Assembly (NCBI GenBank): GCA_037444365.1
Contig: JBBIMO010000003.1
Location: 10,854-74,853 of the forward strand
Length of the DNA: 64,000 nt
DNA from: Chloroflexota bacterium
GTDB lineage: Bacteria > Chloroflexota > Dehalococcoidia > GIF9 > AB-539-J10
Direction: 5' to 3'
Positions 51,152-60,726 of this stretch are shown here, piece by piece (positions within the stretch are counted from its first letter, which is position 1; the number at the start of each line of letters is the position of its first letter). The notes below the pieces were generated by a model, which had not been told where the DNA came from, made no database searches, and worked only from the letters and a program-made list of their open reading frames with translations. The translations under genes were made by a program, and so were the position numbers.

Positions 51152-52579
51152 TTGAAATCTAGCAGTCAGGACAAATCCAAGCTCAGAAATGTATTCGTTT
51201 GTCAACAATGCGGCAAGGAAAGCCCTAAGTGGTTGGGGCGTTGTCCTGATTGCCAAGCATGGAATAGCTTCGTAGAATCCAAGATCACCACTTCCCGTGA
51301 GCCCAGACGGGTCTACTCAACAGGCAATACACCCCAGGAGCTTTCCCAGGTAGAGAAGGCCGACTTTCCCCGTTTTCGCCTTGGTTTCGAGGAAGTGAAT
51401 CGAGTTCTGGGCGGTGGCTTAGTACCAGGGTCTCTGGTCCTGGTTGGCGGCGAGCCGGGAATAGGCAAGTCAACACTTCTGCTCCAGGTTTCGGCAATGA
51501 TGGCAGCAAGCGGTAAGGTCGTTGTCTATGTCTCAGGTGAGGAATCTATTAATCAGGTCAAGCTGAGAAGCGAGCGTCTCAATATAACAGGCAAGGGCAT
51601 TTACTTTCTCTCTGAGGCCGATGTGTCTGCAGTACTAGAATGTCTGGAGCAAGTGTCCCCTGGTCTGGCCATCATTGACTCTATCCAGACTATGTATCTG
51701 GAGGATGTCGCAGGTACGCCAGGCAGCATTTCCCAGGTGCGCGAATGTACGTGGGCTTTGCAGCGATGGGCCAAGCAGCACGACGTGCCTCTTGTAATAA
51801 CGGGTCACGTGACGAAGGAAGGGGCTATCGCTGGTCCAGGAACGCTCGAACATATCGTTGACGTGGTGCTGTACTTCGAAGGCGAACCATTTAGTAGCTA
51901 TCGTGTGTTGCGCAGCGTGAAGAATCGTTTTGGTTCCACCCACGAAGTGGGGATATTTGAGATGAGCGATAGAGGACTGATAGAAGTAGACAACCCCTCT
52001 CGAGTCTTCCTGTCGGCATATAAGGATGGGAGCATGGGCTCAGTCGTCGTGCCTGCTCTTCAAGGAAACCGCCCGTTACTGGTCGAGATTCAGGCTTTAA
52101 CGACTCCTAATAGTTTCACTCCACCAAGGCGCACCGCAAATGGCGTTGATTTCAATCGACTACTGATGATAATTGCCGTGCTTACCAAGCGCGCCGGATT
52201 GAAGCTCTTCAACCAGGACATTATAGTTAATGTTACTGGTGGCCTAAGGATCGACGAACCAGCAGTTGACCTAGGAATCGCCTTGGCCATTGCCTCCAGT
52301 TTGCGCGATGTTAAGCCAGTTTCAAACTTGGTTGCCCTGGGTGAGGTGGGACTGAACGGAGAACTGAGAGGGGTGTCACAACTGGAAAGGAGAGTTGCCG
52401 AGGCCATTCGCTTAGGTTTTGAGTCTTGCCTCATGCCCAGGTTGAAATCGAAACCAACACTCGACTTAGCCGGCATTCAGTTGCTTCAGGCTGGCTCGGT
52501 CTCCGAAGCACTAAGGCTGGGACTCACAAAGGAAGGGAAAATGCAGAAGGCAAGAGGCGAAGATGCAGAGCAGGAATAG
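51152..52579 (+). CDS. radA: DNA repair protein RadA/Sms
   Basis: CQQCG..WLGRCPDC, GEPGIGKST, KNRFG, Lon-like C-terminus. Confidence 0.97.
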   Translation: MKSSSQDKSKLRNVFVCQQCGKESPKWLGRCPDCQAWNSFVESKITTSREPRRVYSTGNTPQELSQVEKADFPRFRLGFEEVNRVLGGGLVPGSLVLVGGEPGIGKSTLLLQVSAMMAASGKVVVYVSGEESINQVKLRSERLNITGKGIYFLSEADVSAVLECLEQVSPGLAIIDSIQTMYLEDVAGTPGSISQVRECTWALQRWAKQHDVPLVITGHVTKEGAIAGPGTLEHIVDVVLYFEGEPFSSYRVLRSVKNRFGSTHEVGIFEMSDRGLIEVDNPSRVFLSAYKDGSMGSVVVPALQGNRPLLVEIQALTTPNSFTPPRRTANGVDFNRLLMIIAVLTKRAGLKLFNQDIIVNVTGGLRIDEPAVDLGIALAIASSLRDVKPVSNLVALGEVGLNGELRGVSQLERRVAEAIRLGFESCLMPRLKSKPTLDLAGIQLLQAGSVSEALRLGLTKEGKMQKARGEDAEQE

Positions 52580-52655
52580 AGATTTCTGCACTTTCAACTG
52601 TCAGTCTAGTTTCTTTGTCCTTGGTTTTTGACCTTCAGAAGCGGACTTCGGAGGT

Positions 52656-53348
52656 TTGAAGTTGGAGTCTAACAAGATCGGTGCAGTCATAGTCGCTGCC
52701 GGAGCTAGCAAACGGATGGCCGGCATAAACAAGCTCTTTGCTCCTCTAGGTGGAAAGCCTCTATTGACATGGTCGGTGGATACCTGTCACAGATGTCGCC
52801 TGGTTGAGCAGATAGTCCTGGTGTTGAATGACGAGGATTTGGCCCGGGGGCGAAAACTGGGAATGGAGAGAGGCTGGTTCAAAGTCACGTTGTGTCCGGG
52901 TGGCGCCCGGCGGCAGGACTCAGTAGGGGAAGGGCTCAAGAGAATAGAGGATTGCGATTGGGTCATGATTCAAGATGGTGCTAGGCCGTTCTTGACTCTA
53001 GACTTGATCGAAAACGGGCTGAAGGCAGCAAGAGAAAGTGGCGCGGCCATACCTGCGGTTCCAGTCAAGGACACTATCAAGCTTGCCGATAGAAGGAACT
53101 TGATCAAGAGAACGCTTAATCGTGACAGGTTATGGATGGCGCAGACTCCGCAGATATTCAGCTTTGATATGATAATAAGGGCCCATGGGAGGCTCGACGT
53201 GGAGGTCACCGATGATGCCGCTATCGTGGAACGTTTGGGACACAAAGTGAAGCTCTATATGGGCGATTACAGAAACATAAAGGTAACCACGCCTGAGGAT
53301 TTGGCATTGGCACGTATCATCGCAAGAGAATGGAAAGAGAAGAGTTAA
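52656..53348 (+). CDS. ispD: 2-C-methyl-D-erythritol 4-phosphate cytidylyltransferase
   Basis: AAGASKRM, RQDSV, DGARP, AQTPQ, TDDA, NIKVTTPEDL. Confidence 0.95.
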   Translation: MKLESNKIGAVIVAAGASKRMAGINKLFAPLGGKPLLTWSVDTCHRCRLVEQIVLVLNDEDLARGRKLGMERGWFKVTLCPGGARRQDSVGEGLKRIEDCDWVMIQDGARPFLTLDLIENGLKAARESGAAIPAVPVKDTIKLADRRNLIKRTLNRDRLWMAQTPQIFSFDMIIRAHGRLDVEVTDDAAIVERLGHKVKLYMGDYRNIKVTTPEDLALARIIAREWKEKS

Positions 53349-53824
53349 GAGTCGGTATTGGCTGGGACAGCCACCCACTGGTCTCGGGTCGCAGGCTTGT
53401 TCTGGGAGGTGTGGACATACCTCATGACAAAGGCCTGTCCGGGTGGAGCGATGCTGACGTGGGGATACACGCCATAATAGATGCGTTGTGCGGTGCCGCC
53501 GATTTAGGCGACATCGGCACCCTATTCCCCGCCGGTGAACCAGAATACAAAGATATTTCGAGCCTGGTCCTGTTGCGCAAGACCAGCGAGATGCTTGGAG
53601 CCAAAGGACTCAGGATAGTTAACATTGACGTTACCATCATGGCTCAAAACCCCAAGCTGACACCATTCATCTCTGAAATGAGAAGGCGCATTAGTCAGGC
53701 CTTGGGCATGGATTCAACACGGGTGACGGTCAAGGCCACTACTACCAATTGCCTGGGCTTCATCGGCAAAGGAGAGGGAATGGCTGCTCAAGCCGTGGCT
53801 CTGGTGAGGGGAACCGGCAAGTAG
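53330..53824 (+). CDS. ispF: 2-C-methyl-D-erythritol 2,4-cyclodiphosphate synthase
   Basis: RVGIGWDSH, SDADV..HAIIDAL, GDIG, VKATT. Confidence 0.95.
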   Translation: MEREELRVGIGWDSHPLVSGRRLVLGGVDIPHDKGLSGWSDADVGIHAIIDALCGAADLGDIGTLFPAGEPEYKDISSLVLLRKTSEMLGAKGLRIVNIDVTIMAQNPKLTPFISEMRRRISQALGMDSTRVTVKATTTNCLGFIGKGEGMAAQAVALVRGTGK

Positions 53825-53897
53825 ATTGCCTGTGTCTTGCAAAGGCACAACCATTACAACAACGGAGTGCAATCAAGAGACAAAAGTAGGCAGCGAA

Positions 53898-54494
53898 ATG
53901 ATTATTGTTGGTCTAACAGGAAGTGTGGGAAGCGGCAAAACGACGGTAGCAAATTTCCTCAAAGAACTTGGTGCCTATATAGTTGATTGGGATGAACTGG
54001 CCCGGCAGGTCACCCGTCCGCACTCCAAGGTTTGGAAAGAAATAGTAGAGTATTTTGGGAAAGGCATTATGAATGACGACCTGACCATCAATCGCCAGAA
54101 GCTGGCGGAGATAGTATTCTCTGACAAAGAGAAGGTGGAAAAACTGAATCAGATCGTTCACCCCGAGGTGTTCGACGAAGATGAGCGTATCACAAATGAG
54201 ATCAAGAGTCGTGACCCGAATGCCCTGATTGTTAAGGACATTCCGTTGTTGTTTGAAGTCACCCGTCCCATACCTGTGGACAAGATAATTGTTGTCTCTG
54301 CTAGTGAACAGACTCAATTGAGACGATTACAGGAAAAGGGCATGAGCATAGAAGACGCCCGGAACAGGATAAAGTCCCAACTTCCTCTTGACAGAAAGAT
54401 CAAGGCTGCCGATTTCGTTGTGGATAATGACGGTACGCCAGAAGAGACAAGGAAACAGATCAAGGTGATATACTCTCTGTTAAGGGGAAAATAA
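53898..54494 (+). CDS. coaE: dephospho-CoA kinase
   Basis: GLTGSVGSGKT, LNQIVHP, IPLLFE. Confidence 0.93.
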   Translation: MIIVGLTGSVGSGKTTVANFLKELGAYIVDWDELARQVTRPHSKVWKEIVEYFGKGIMNDDLTINRQKLAEIVFSDKEKVEKLNQIVHPEVFDEDERITNEIKSRDPNALIVKDIPLLFEVTRPIPVDKIIVVSASEQTQLRRLQEKGMSIEDARNRIKSQLPLDRKIKAADFVVDNDGTPEETRKQIKVIYSLLRGK

Positions 54495-54522
54495 TCCACA
54501 GAGAGTACCGGCAGGAGGTGAT

Positions 54523-55536
54523 TTGGTGAATCAGATCGAGCCAAGACTAGAGAAAGCGTTGAGGAAGGTGCTTGTCCCCGGGATAAGCCGCAGCCTGATG
54601 CAGATGAACCTGGTTCGAGTTGCTGAAATCAACGACGGCAAGGCGAAGCTAGCCCTGGCCTCGACTGCTATCCCTGTTCAATATCACGACCTGTTGAAAG
54701 ACCAGGCGACAGCAGCGGTCAGCAAACTTTCAGGGGTGAAAGAGGTAGAGGTTGAATTTGTCCAGGTCAAACCCAAAGAGCTTAACCGGATCGAGAAGAT
54801 AATAGCGGTCATGAGTGGCAAAGGAGGAGTCGGCAAATCTCTGGTGGCTAGCCTCCTGGCTACTTCTTTTGCCCGCGACGGCAAGGAAGTGGGCATACTG
54901 GACGCTGACATCACTGGCCCCAGTATTCCCAAGATGTTTGGACTGAATGCTCGCCCTGCTGGCAATGAGACAGGCATTTTGCCCATATTGTCGAGGTCGG
55001 GAATTGAGATCATGTCCATGAACCTGCTCCTGCCTGATGAAAATGAAGCGGTTATCTGGAGAGGTCCTCTCATGTCCAGAGCCATCACACAGTTCTGGGA
55101 GGAAGTTCTGTGGGGCACGCTAGACCTCCTAATAATAGATTTGCCTCCTGGTACCGGGGATGCGCCGTTGACAGTGCTACAGGCAATACCAATCTTCGGG
55201 GTAATTGATGTTTTTACCCCTCAGGAGTTGACTGAGATGATAGTCAAGAAGGCAATAAGGATGGCACAGAAGATGAACATCCGAGTGTTGGGAGTAGTGG
55301 AGAACATGAGTTATCTGATATTGGCCGAGACAGGTAAGAGGCTGGAGGTCTTCGGCAAGAGCAAAGGGGAGGAAATGGCCAGGGCTTCCGGGTCTCCCCT
55401 CTTAGGCAGACTGCCCATCGACCCGGAGTTAGCCAAATTGTGCGATGAGGGCAAAATCGAGAAATACAGTTCAGATGCAGTGTCTGAGCTTGCCGCTAAC
55501 GTGGCCAAAGCCCTAGATGGAAAGCACCAGGGATAG
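54523..55536 (+). CDS. Mrp/NBP35 (ApbC-like) ATPase
   Basis: SGKGGVGKS, DADITGPS, IWRGP, DLPPGTGD, VVENMS. Confidence 0.93.
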   Translation: MVNQIEPRLEKALRKVLVPGISRSLMQMNLVRVAEINDGKAKLALASTAIPVQYHDLLKDQATAAVSKLSGVKEVEVEFVQVKPKELNRIEKIIAVMSGKGGVGKSLVASLLATSFARDGKEVGILDADITGPSIPKMFGLNARPAGNETGILPILSRSGIEIMSMNLLLPDENEAVIWRGPLMSRAITQFWEEVLWGTLDLLIIDLPPGTGDAPLTVLQAIPIFGVIDVFTPQELTEMIVKKAIRMAQKMNIRVLGVVENMSYLILAETGKRLEVFGKSKGEEMARASGSPLLGRLPIDPELAKLCDEGKIEKYSSDAVSELAANVAKALDGKHQG

Positions 55537-55595
55537 CTATGCAGATGAGAGCCGTCGGGCTGATGATGAGACCGTCTCTGCGGAGGGCGTAGAAA

Positions 55596-56069
55596 ATGAC
55601 CGAGATGTTTGACAATGCGTTCGCTGAGCTTGAGCGATCCATCATGGAGGACATGAGAAAGACCCACTCCGAGAAAACAATCGATCACTTTCTGAACCCC
55701 CGAAATCTGGGCAGCATTCCCACTCCCGATGGATTTGCCAGCATCACTGGTTTGCATGGTAATGCTATGGAAATATATCTCAAGGTGAAGAATAACAGGA
55801 TCACGAACGCGTCTTTCTGGACGGATGGCTGCGGGTGCAGCATTGCCTCGGGCAGCATGGTTACCGAGTTAGCCAAGGGGAAAAGCGTCGTGGAGGCCCT
55901 GAAGATCACTCAACAAGATATCCTGGATGCCCTGGGGGGCCTCCCGGAACATGACCTCCACTGCGCTGCTCAGGCAGCTAATGCGCTTAAGGCGGCGCTC
56001 AGAGATTACCTGGCTGTCAACAAGGAACCCTGGAAACGGGTCTACCGAGGCGGCCACGGTCACAGGTAA
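55596..56069 (+). CDS. IscU/NifU-N-like scaffold protein
   Basis: DHFLNPRNLG, FWTDGCGCSIASGS, LGGLP..DLHCA. Confidence 0.88.
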   Translation: MTEMFDNAFAELERSIMEDMRKTHSEKTIDHFLNPRNLGSIPTPDGFASITGLHGNAMEIYLKVKNNRITNASFWTDGCGCSIASGSMVTELAKGKSVVEALKITQQDILDALGGLPEHDLHCAAQAANALKAALRDYLAVNKEPWKRVYRGGHGHR

Positions 56070-56115
56070 GCGACATGGTCAAAGCAACGACAACTTGGTC
56101 AGTGAAACCTGAGCC

Positions 56116-56580
56116 ATGAGAAAAAGGCAAAGCCTGGAACTCCAGCCCATCGGGATCATTCATTCTCCTTACCAGAATACAGGGAAGGTCCCCTGCCAAG
56201 GCCGTAGAAGCAGGAAGATATGCCAGATCGAGTTATTCAAGGAGTATGAGCAGGGCTTACAGGATATCGAAGGATTTTCTCACATCATCATAATCTATTG
56301 GTTTCACAAGTCCCAGGGCTTCCATCTGTTGGTTGAGACGCCCTGGGACGACATTCCACACGGTTTGTTCGCCACGAGATCTCCGCATAGACCCTGTCCC
56401 CTGGGATTGACCGTAGTGGAGCTAGTGGCCAGGGAAGCGAACATCCTCAGTGTGAGAGGCCTGGATGCCGTAGATGGGACACCGCTATTAGACATCAAGC
56501 CACACATCCCTGGACTGGAAAAAGGGTCGGTTGTCAAAACTGGCTGGCTGGAAGGCAAGCTTGGAAAAAAGAGATGCTGA
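56116..56580 (+). CDS. tsaA: TrmO/TsaA-family tRNA methyltransferase
   Basis: PIGIIHSP, GFSHI, GLFATRSPHRP, GLDAVDGTPLLDIKP. Confidence 0.9.
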   Translation: MRKRQSLELQPIGIIHSPYQNTGKVPCQGRRSRKICQIELFKEYEQGLQDIEGFSHIIIIYWFHKSQGFHLLVETPWDDIPHGLFATRSPHRPCPLGLTVVELVAREANILSVRGLDAVDGTPLLDIKPHIPGLEKGSVVKTGWLEGKLGKKRC

Positions 56581-57389
56581 CAGTAACTCACATTATCATA
56601 CTGCTGGCGACAGGGGCAGGTGCTGGCTTCGCCAGCGGACTGCTCGGGATCGGTGGCGGCGCTATCATGGTTCCCATCAGCTATTGGGTTATCCTCGCTA
56701 TGGGTATCTCTCCGGACATTGCTATACGAATAGCCTTCGGGACAAGTCTGCTGGTGATTTTGCCCACAGCCATAAGTGGCAGCTGGAGCCATAATAAAAG
56801 GAGTGCAGTTCGTTGGAAGACAGCCTTGGTTCTAGGCTCATGTGCCCTGGTTGGGGCTCTGGTCGGAGCTACTCTGGCTGCCCGCCTCCCTGGCGAAATA
56901 CTGAAGATAGGTTTTGGAGGATTCGTTCTGGCAGTCGCCTTATGGATGGGGCTGGGAATATTGCCCAGGTTGAGCAGAGAGAACGAACAACCACGGGAGA
57001 ATCTCTGGCTTGTGGCGGCTTGTGGCTTCCCGATAGGGATGGTGACAGGACTGACGGGGCTTGGTGGCGGGGTGTTGATAGTCCCTATGCTGGTGTTAGC
57101 ATTGAGCTTCCCCATGCACCTCGCCGTGGGAACATCGGTGGCTTCCATAATACTTGCCAGCCTTGGCGGTATTGCTGGCTATATCGTAAATGGACTTGGA
57201 GTAGCTGGCCTGCCGGGTTATTGCCTGGGATACGTAAGCCTGCCCATATGGCTATGTCTGGCAGCCACCAGCATACCCCTGGCCCAGCTTGGAGCCCGAG
57301 CAGCGCACACCATCCCAGCCAAACCACTGAAGTACATCTTCGTTGCTTTTATGGTCTACACGGGCTTAAGAATGATTGGTGTACTTTAG
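56574..57389 (+). CDS. sulfite exporter TauE/SafE (TSUP) family transporter
   Basis: GLLGIGGG...GTSL and GLTGLGGG...AVGTS duplicated motifs; multiple TM helices. Confidence 0.92.
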   Translation: MLTVTHIIILLATGAGAGFASGLLGIGGGAIMVPISYWVILAMGISPDIAIRIAFGTSLLVILPTAISGSWSHNKRSAVRWKTALVLGSCALVGALVGATLAARLPGEILKIGFGGFVLAVALWMGLGILPRLSRENEQPRENLWLVAACGFPIGMVTGLTGLGGGVLIVPMLVLALSFPMHLAVGTSVASIILASLGGIAGYIVNGLGVAGLPGYCLGYVSLPIWLCLAATSIPLAQLGARAAHTIPAKPLKYIFVAFMVYTGLRMIGVL

Positions 57390-57452
57390 CTTTGCAGGCG
57401 TTTTTGAGCCTGAAGGACGCACGAAACCGATGATGAGGGCAGACTCACTGGT

Positions 57453-58691
57453 CTATCGCAGTACACTGCACAGAGGCTGTAGAAACGCGAACCGAGCGGC
57501 GTAAAGGCAAACGAGGAGCAACATCCCCAGAACTATCAGTATTGTGCCACCCACCGGTCTGGTATACCTTGCGTATCGCTCTCCCAGGCTTGAGCTCGCA
57601 GCCAAAGCCGCTGTACCGAAGATAATAGTATCGTCAATCATGAAGAAGACATCATATACCAAGATGTAGGCATAACGTTGAAACGTAGTCAGGCTGGCTT
57701 GGGACAGTGCCCCAGTGAAAGTCGTGGGGACCACCCAGGAGCAAGCAAATTCGACGGAATTTACCACAAATGCCAGGGCTATAATTCCCACTATCGTTCC
57801 CAGGGTTATCGGGGAGGACACAATCTTCTGTGCCCTGGTCATGGTCTTTGCTCGAGAGTCCTGGTCGGTAACTTTGCAGACAATCGCCCCTTTTGTCTGG
57901 ACAAATTCCTTCATCTGCAGTATTCCTCCACCTAGAGCTACCAGCCCAATGACAATTGTCACTGGCTTGACGTAACCAAGGAGTCTGCCAACCAGCTGAA
58001 ACCCGGTAAGCTGCGCTGCCATGAATACAAAGTACAGGATTCCCGAAGCCAGAACAAAAGAGCCAACAATCAGCCATATTCTCCTTCTATCCCTCAAAGT
58101 CGCCACCAGGGATATGAGGTAAACAAGCACCCACATGGCACAGGGGTTGAAGCCGTCCACAAGCCCCAGAACTACCGCCAGACCCAGAAGCGAGTAACCT
58201 GCAGGGTCTATTTTCCCTATTATGGGCAGATTGACTTCGCCTCCGTTATCTCCGCCCGTATCGCCTGCTGGTTCCGGGCAGTTCCCAGCCAGACATTGCT
58301 GTAGAGCCTCCTCAATGGCTCTGCCAGTTGTCTGCTCGGATTCCCAACCACCAAACACTTGATTCCCGAAGATTGTTATGGGAAAGGCTGGCTCGTCTTC
58401 TACACCGCGCTCCGCAAGCATTTGAGACAATAGGGAGTATGCTTGAGGCACAGTGCAGTCGTGACGTGTAATGTTGATTGAGTACTTAGCTTCTAACTTC
58501 TTGTTAAATGGCTCTTGTTCCTCACAGTGTGAGCAGCCGGGGAGGTAGAAGAAATTGATGTCACCTATATCTGACATTCCCCGGCTCGTGAATCCTGCGA
58601 CTATTCCCACGACGATCAGTGATATGATCAGATATCTCTTGAAGCGGTCCCGGAAGGTTGTTCTGAAGAAAGTGGTCACCCTGTTGGACAT
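57453..58691 (-). CDS. thioredoxin-like domain fused to a DsbD/CcdA-like membrane domain
   Basis: N-terminal TM, FYLPGCSHC, cis-Pro FP, GLVDGFNPCAMWVL, VEFAC, about 6-7 TM helices. Confidence 0.8.
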   Translation of the reverse strand: MSNRVTTFFRTTFRDRFKRYLIISLIVVGIVAGFTSRGMSDIGDINFFYLPGCSHCEEQEPFNKKLEAKYSINITRHDCTVPQAYSLLSQMLAERGVEDEPAFPITIFGNQVFGGWESEQTTGRAIEEALQQCLAGNCPEPAGDTGGDNGGEVNLPIIGKIDPAGYSLLGLAVVLGLVDGFNPCAMWVLVYLISLVATLRDRRRIWLIVGSFVLASGILYFVFMAAQLTGFQLVGRLLGYVKPVTIVIGLVALGGGILQMKEFVQTKGAIVCKVTDQDSRAKTMTRAQKIVSSPITLGTIVGIIALAFVVNSVEFACSWVVPTTFTGALSQASLTTFQRYAYILVYDVFFMIDDTIIFGTAALAASSSLGERYARYTRPVGGTILIVLGMLLLVCLYAARFAFLQPLCSVLR

Positions 58692-58790
58692 TGATTAATA
58701 CAACCTCAGCTGTTTAGGATATGCCGTGTGAACGGCACAAAACATACGGATCTTCGCTGGGGAGCCTATCTCTCTAGCTAGCACCGCCAT

Positions 58791-59750
58791 CTATCCTGCG
58801 CAGCCGGGGAAAGTGCATGAGTTGCAGCTAACCACCTCCAGAATGACGTTCATAGCCCCCCTATTACCAGCACTATCAGACACCGTCACCGTGACTGTAA
58901 CTTCGTCGGACGTATTCGGGGCGGTCCAGGTAATCATAGAGCCCCCTCCAGAAACCTCGCCATCCTCCCATGACCATTCGTAAGATACCTCACCACTCGT
59001 GTTTGCAACGACGCACTCAATATCGTACTTCTTCCCCTGCCCGACCTTATATCCCCACGAGTATGCCTTCAGAAAGCAATGCCCATAACGATCCTTTGTG
59101 ACGCGCAGGGCTTCGATGATCGGTGGTTGCTCCAGCGCTACACTAATGGGCAATGTTCTGGTGACCGATCCGCCATGGCCGTCGCTGACGACAACTGTGA
59201 TATTGTATGTGCCCACCGTCTGGGGGGCAGACCAGGTCACTTTACTTCCGGTGCCAGAAACATCACCTCCGTCGGCTGACCATTCATAGCTCAATTTATC
59301 TCCATCAGCGTCTGAGGCATTGCAGGTCACATTAAGACTGACCGCAGGTAAGGTCCAGTTCGCGCTGGCTACCAGACTGCTGATGGTAGGCACATTGTTG
59401 CGTTTAACTGTAATAGTGACATTAGCAGTGACTGCGCCACCGCGGCTATCCAGCGCGATGACGGTGACATTGTAGGAGCCAGCAGAGCCAGGAGCAGTCC
59501 AGGTAACCACGGGTCCTTTGCCACTTATCGTGCCTCCACCAGCTGACCAGCCATAACTTAGCTCGTCGTCATCGGGGTCTGTAGCATTACACACAATCTG
59601 GCAGGTTCCCCGGGGAGGAACTCTATCCGGCTCAGCTTTCAGGCTGATGATAGCCGGGCGATGATTCTCCAGCGCGGCAGAAAACAGCATTGTGAGCAAC
59701 ACTGTTGCCGCCACAACTCCCACGACTATCAGGTACATTCTCTTATTCAT
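58791..59750 (-). CDS. secreted/anchored Ig-like (PKD/cadherin-like) repeat protein, 3 repeats
   Basis: N-terminal hydrophobic segment; repeats CNAxDxDxDxLSYxWSAxGGxISGxG..VTWTAP; C-terminal CNSC. Confidence 0.82.
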   Translation of the reverse strand: MNKRMYLIVVGVVAATVLLTMLFSAALENHRPAIISLKAEPDRVPPRGTCQIVCNATDPDDDELSYGWSAGGGTISGKGPVVTWTAPGSAGSYNVTVIALDSRGGAVTANVTITVKRNNVPTISSLVASANWTLPAVSLNVTCNASDADGDKLSYEWSADGGDVSGTGSKVTWSAPQTVGTYNITVVVSDGHGGSVTRTLPISVALEQPPIIEALRVTKDRYGHCFLKAYSWGYKVGQGKKYDIECVVANTSGEVSYEWSWEDGEVSGGGSMITWTAPNTSDEVTVTVTVSDSAGNRGAMNVILEVVSCNSCTFPGCAG

Positions 59751-59939
59751 CAGTTTCTCCCTCGTTAGGCCTGGTCATTCAAGCCGCTGTCCAAAGCTCA
59801 TATATTATCACTTTCAAAAGGTGATGAAAACTAGCGTCTGAGGAACCCGTCGGGCTATCTTTCATATAAAAGAGTGCCATGCAACCACTGTAAGGTCATA
59901 CTTGCTTCTGTTGAAGATTCCATCAATCTCGCGGACTCA

Positions 59940-60599
59940 TCAAAATTCACATTCTGAGCAGGTCACCACTTCCAGGATCACATTCTTCCTAATCCAATTG
60001 CCCACGCCATCGAACACTTTCGCAGTGACTGTCACCGTGCATACCATATCTGGAGCAGTCCAGGTAATCAAGGAGCCATTGCCGGAAATACTGCCGCCTG
60101 TACACGACCATTCGTAGGCTAGTTCTGGCGTCCCTGAGGCAATGCACTCAATGCTATAATTGTATGCTTTGGCGACCTTATACCCGAGACGACTCTCCTT
60201 CAAGTACTTGTGCGCGGCAGTAACGTTCAAAGTTTCAATCACTGGCGGAGGACCGTTTGACGCAACGACAGTTATCAATCCTGTTGCGTTCCTGCCCTGA
60301 CTATCGTTGACGACAACGCTGACATCGTACATGCCAACTGCCTGGGGAGCCGTCCAATTTACAACTGCACCCGCGCCAGCAATACTACCGCCACTGGCTG
60401 ACCATTGATAGCTCAAATCATCACCCTCGCGGTCTGAAGCATTACAAATCACCTGGAGACTACTTAAGGGAGCAGTCCAGTAGTTTGGCTTAGCTTCCAG
60501 GCTGTTAATAACTGGCGCGAAGTTGCCAGCGCAAGACGAAGCCAGGAGCAACACTCCCACCACCGCAATTACCATGGTTGCAAGGCTTCTTCTATTCAT
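59940..60599 (-). CDS. Ig-like repeat lipoprotein, paralogue of the adjacent gene (2 repeats)
   Basis: lipobox-like LASSC; same repeat consensus; C-terminal VILEVVTCSEC. Confidence 0.82.
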   Translation of the reverse strand: MNRRSLATMVIAVVGVLLLASSCAGNFAPVINSLEAKPNYWTAPLSSLQVICNASDREGDDLSYQWSASGGSIAGAGAVVNWTAPQAVGMYDVSVVVNDSQGRNATGLITVVASNGPPPVIETLNVTAAHKYLKESRLGYKVAKAYNYSIECIASGTPELAYEWSCTGGSISGNGSLITWTAPDMVCTVTVTAKVFDGVGNWIRKNVILEVVTCSECEF

Positions 60600-60726
60600 C
60601 AGCTTCTCTTGTCGAACCCTATACCTGGCTCAACATACACCATTCTACCACTGTTACACCTGTCTTGCTAAGAGGAATTGTACCACCCGTCGTACGCCGA
60701 CCTAAAAGACCTCCGCCGCCCTGCGA

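Noticed and set aside
56813-57433. Long alternative-frame or antisense ORFs (also 62510-63184, 44838-45431, 47000-47605)
   Set aside because: They overlap well-supported genes and have no recognisable motifs; treated as shadow ORFs.
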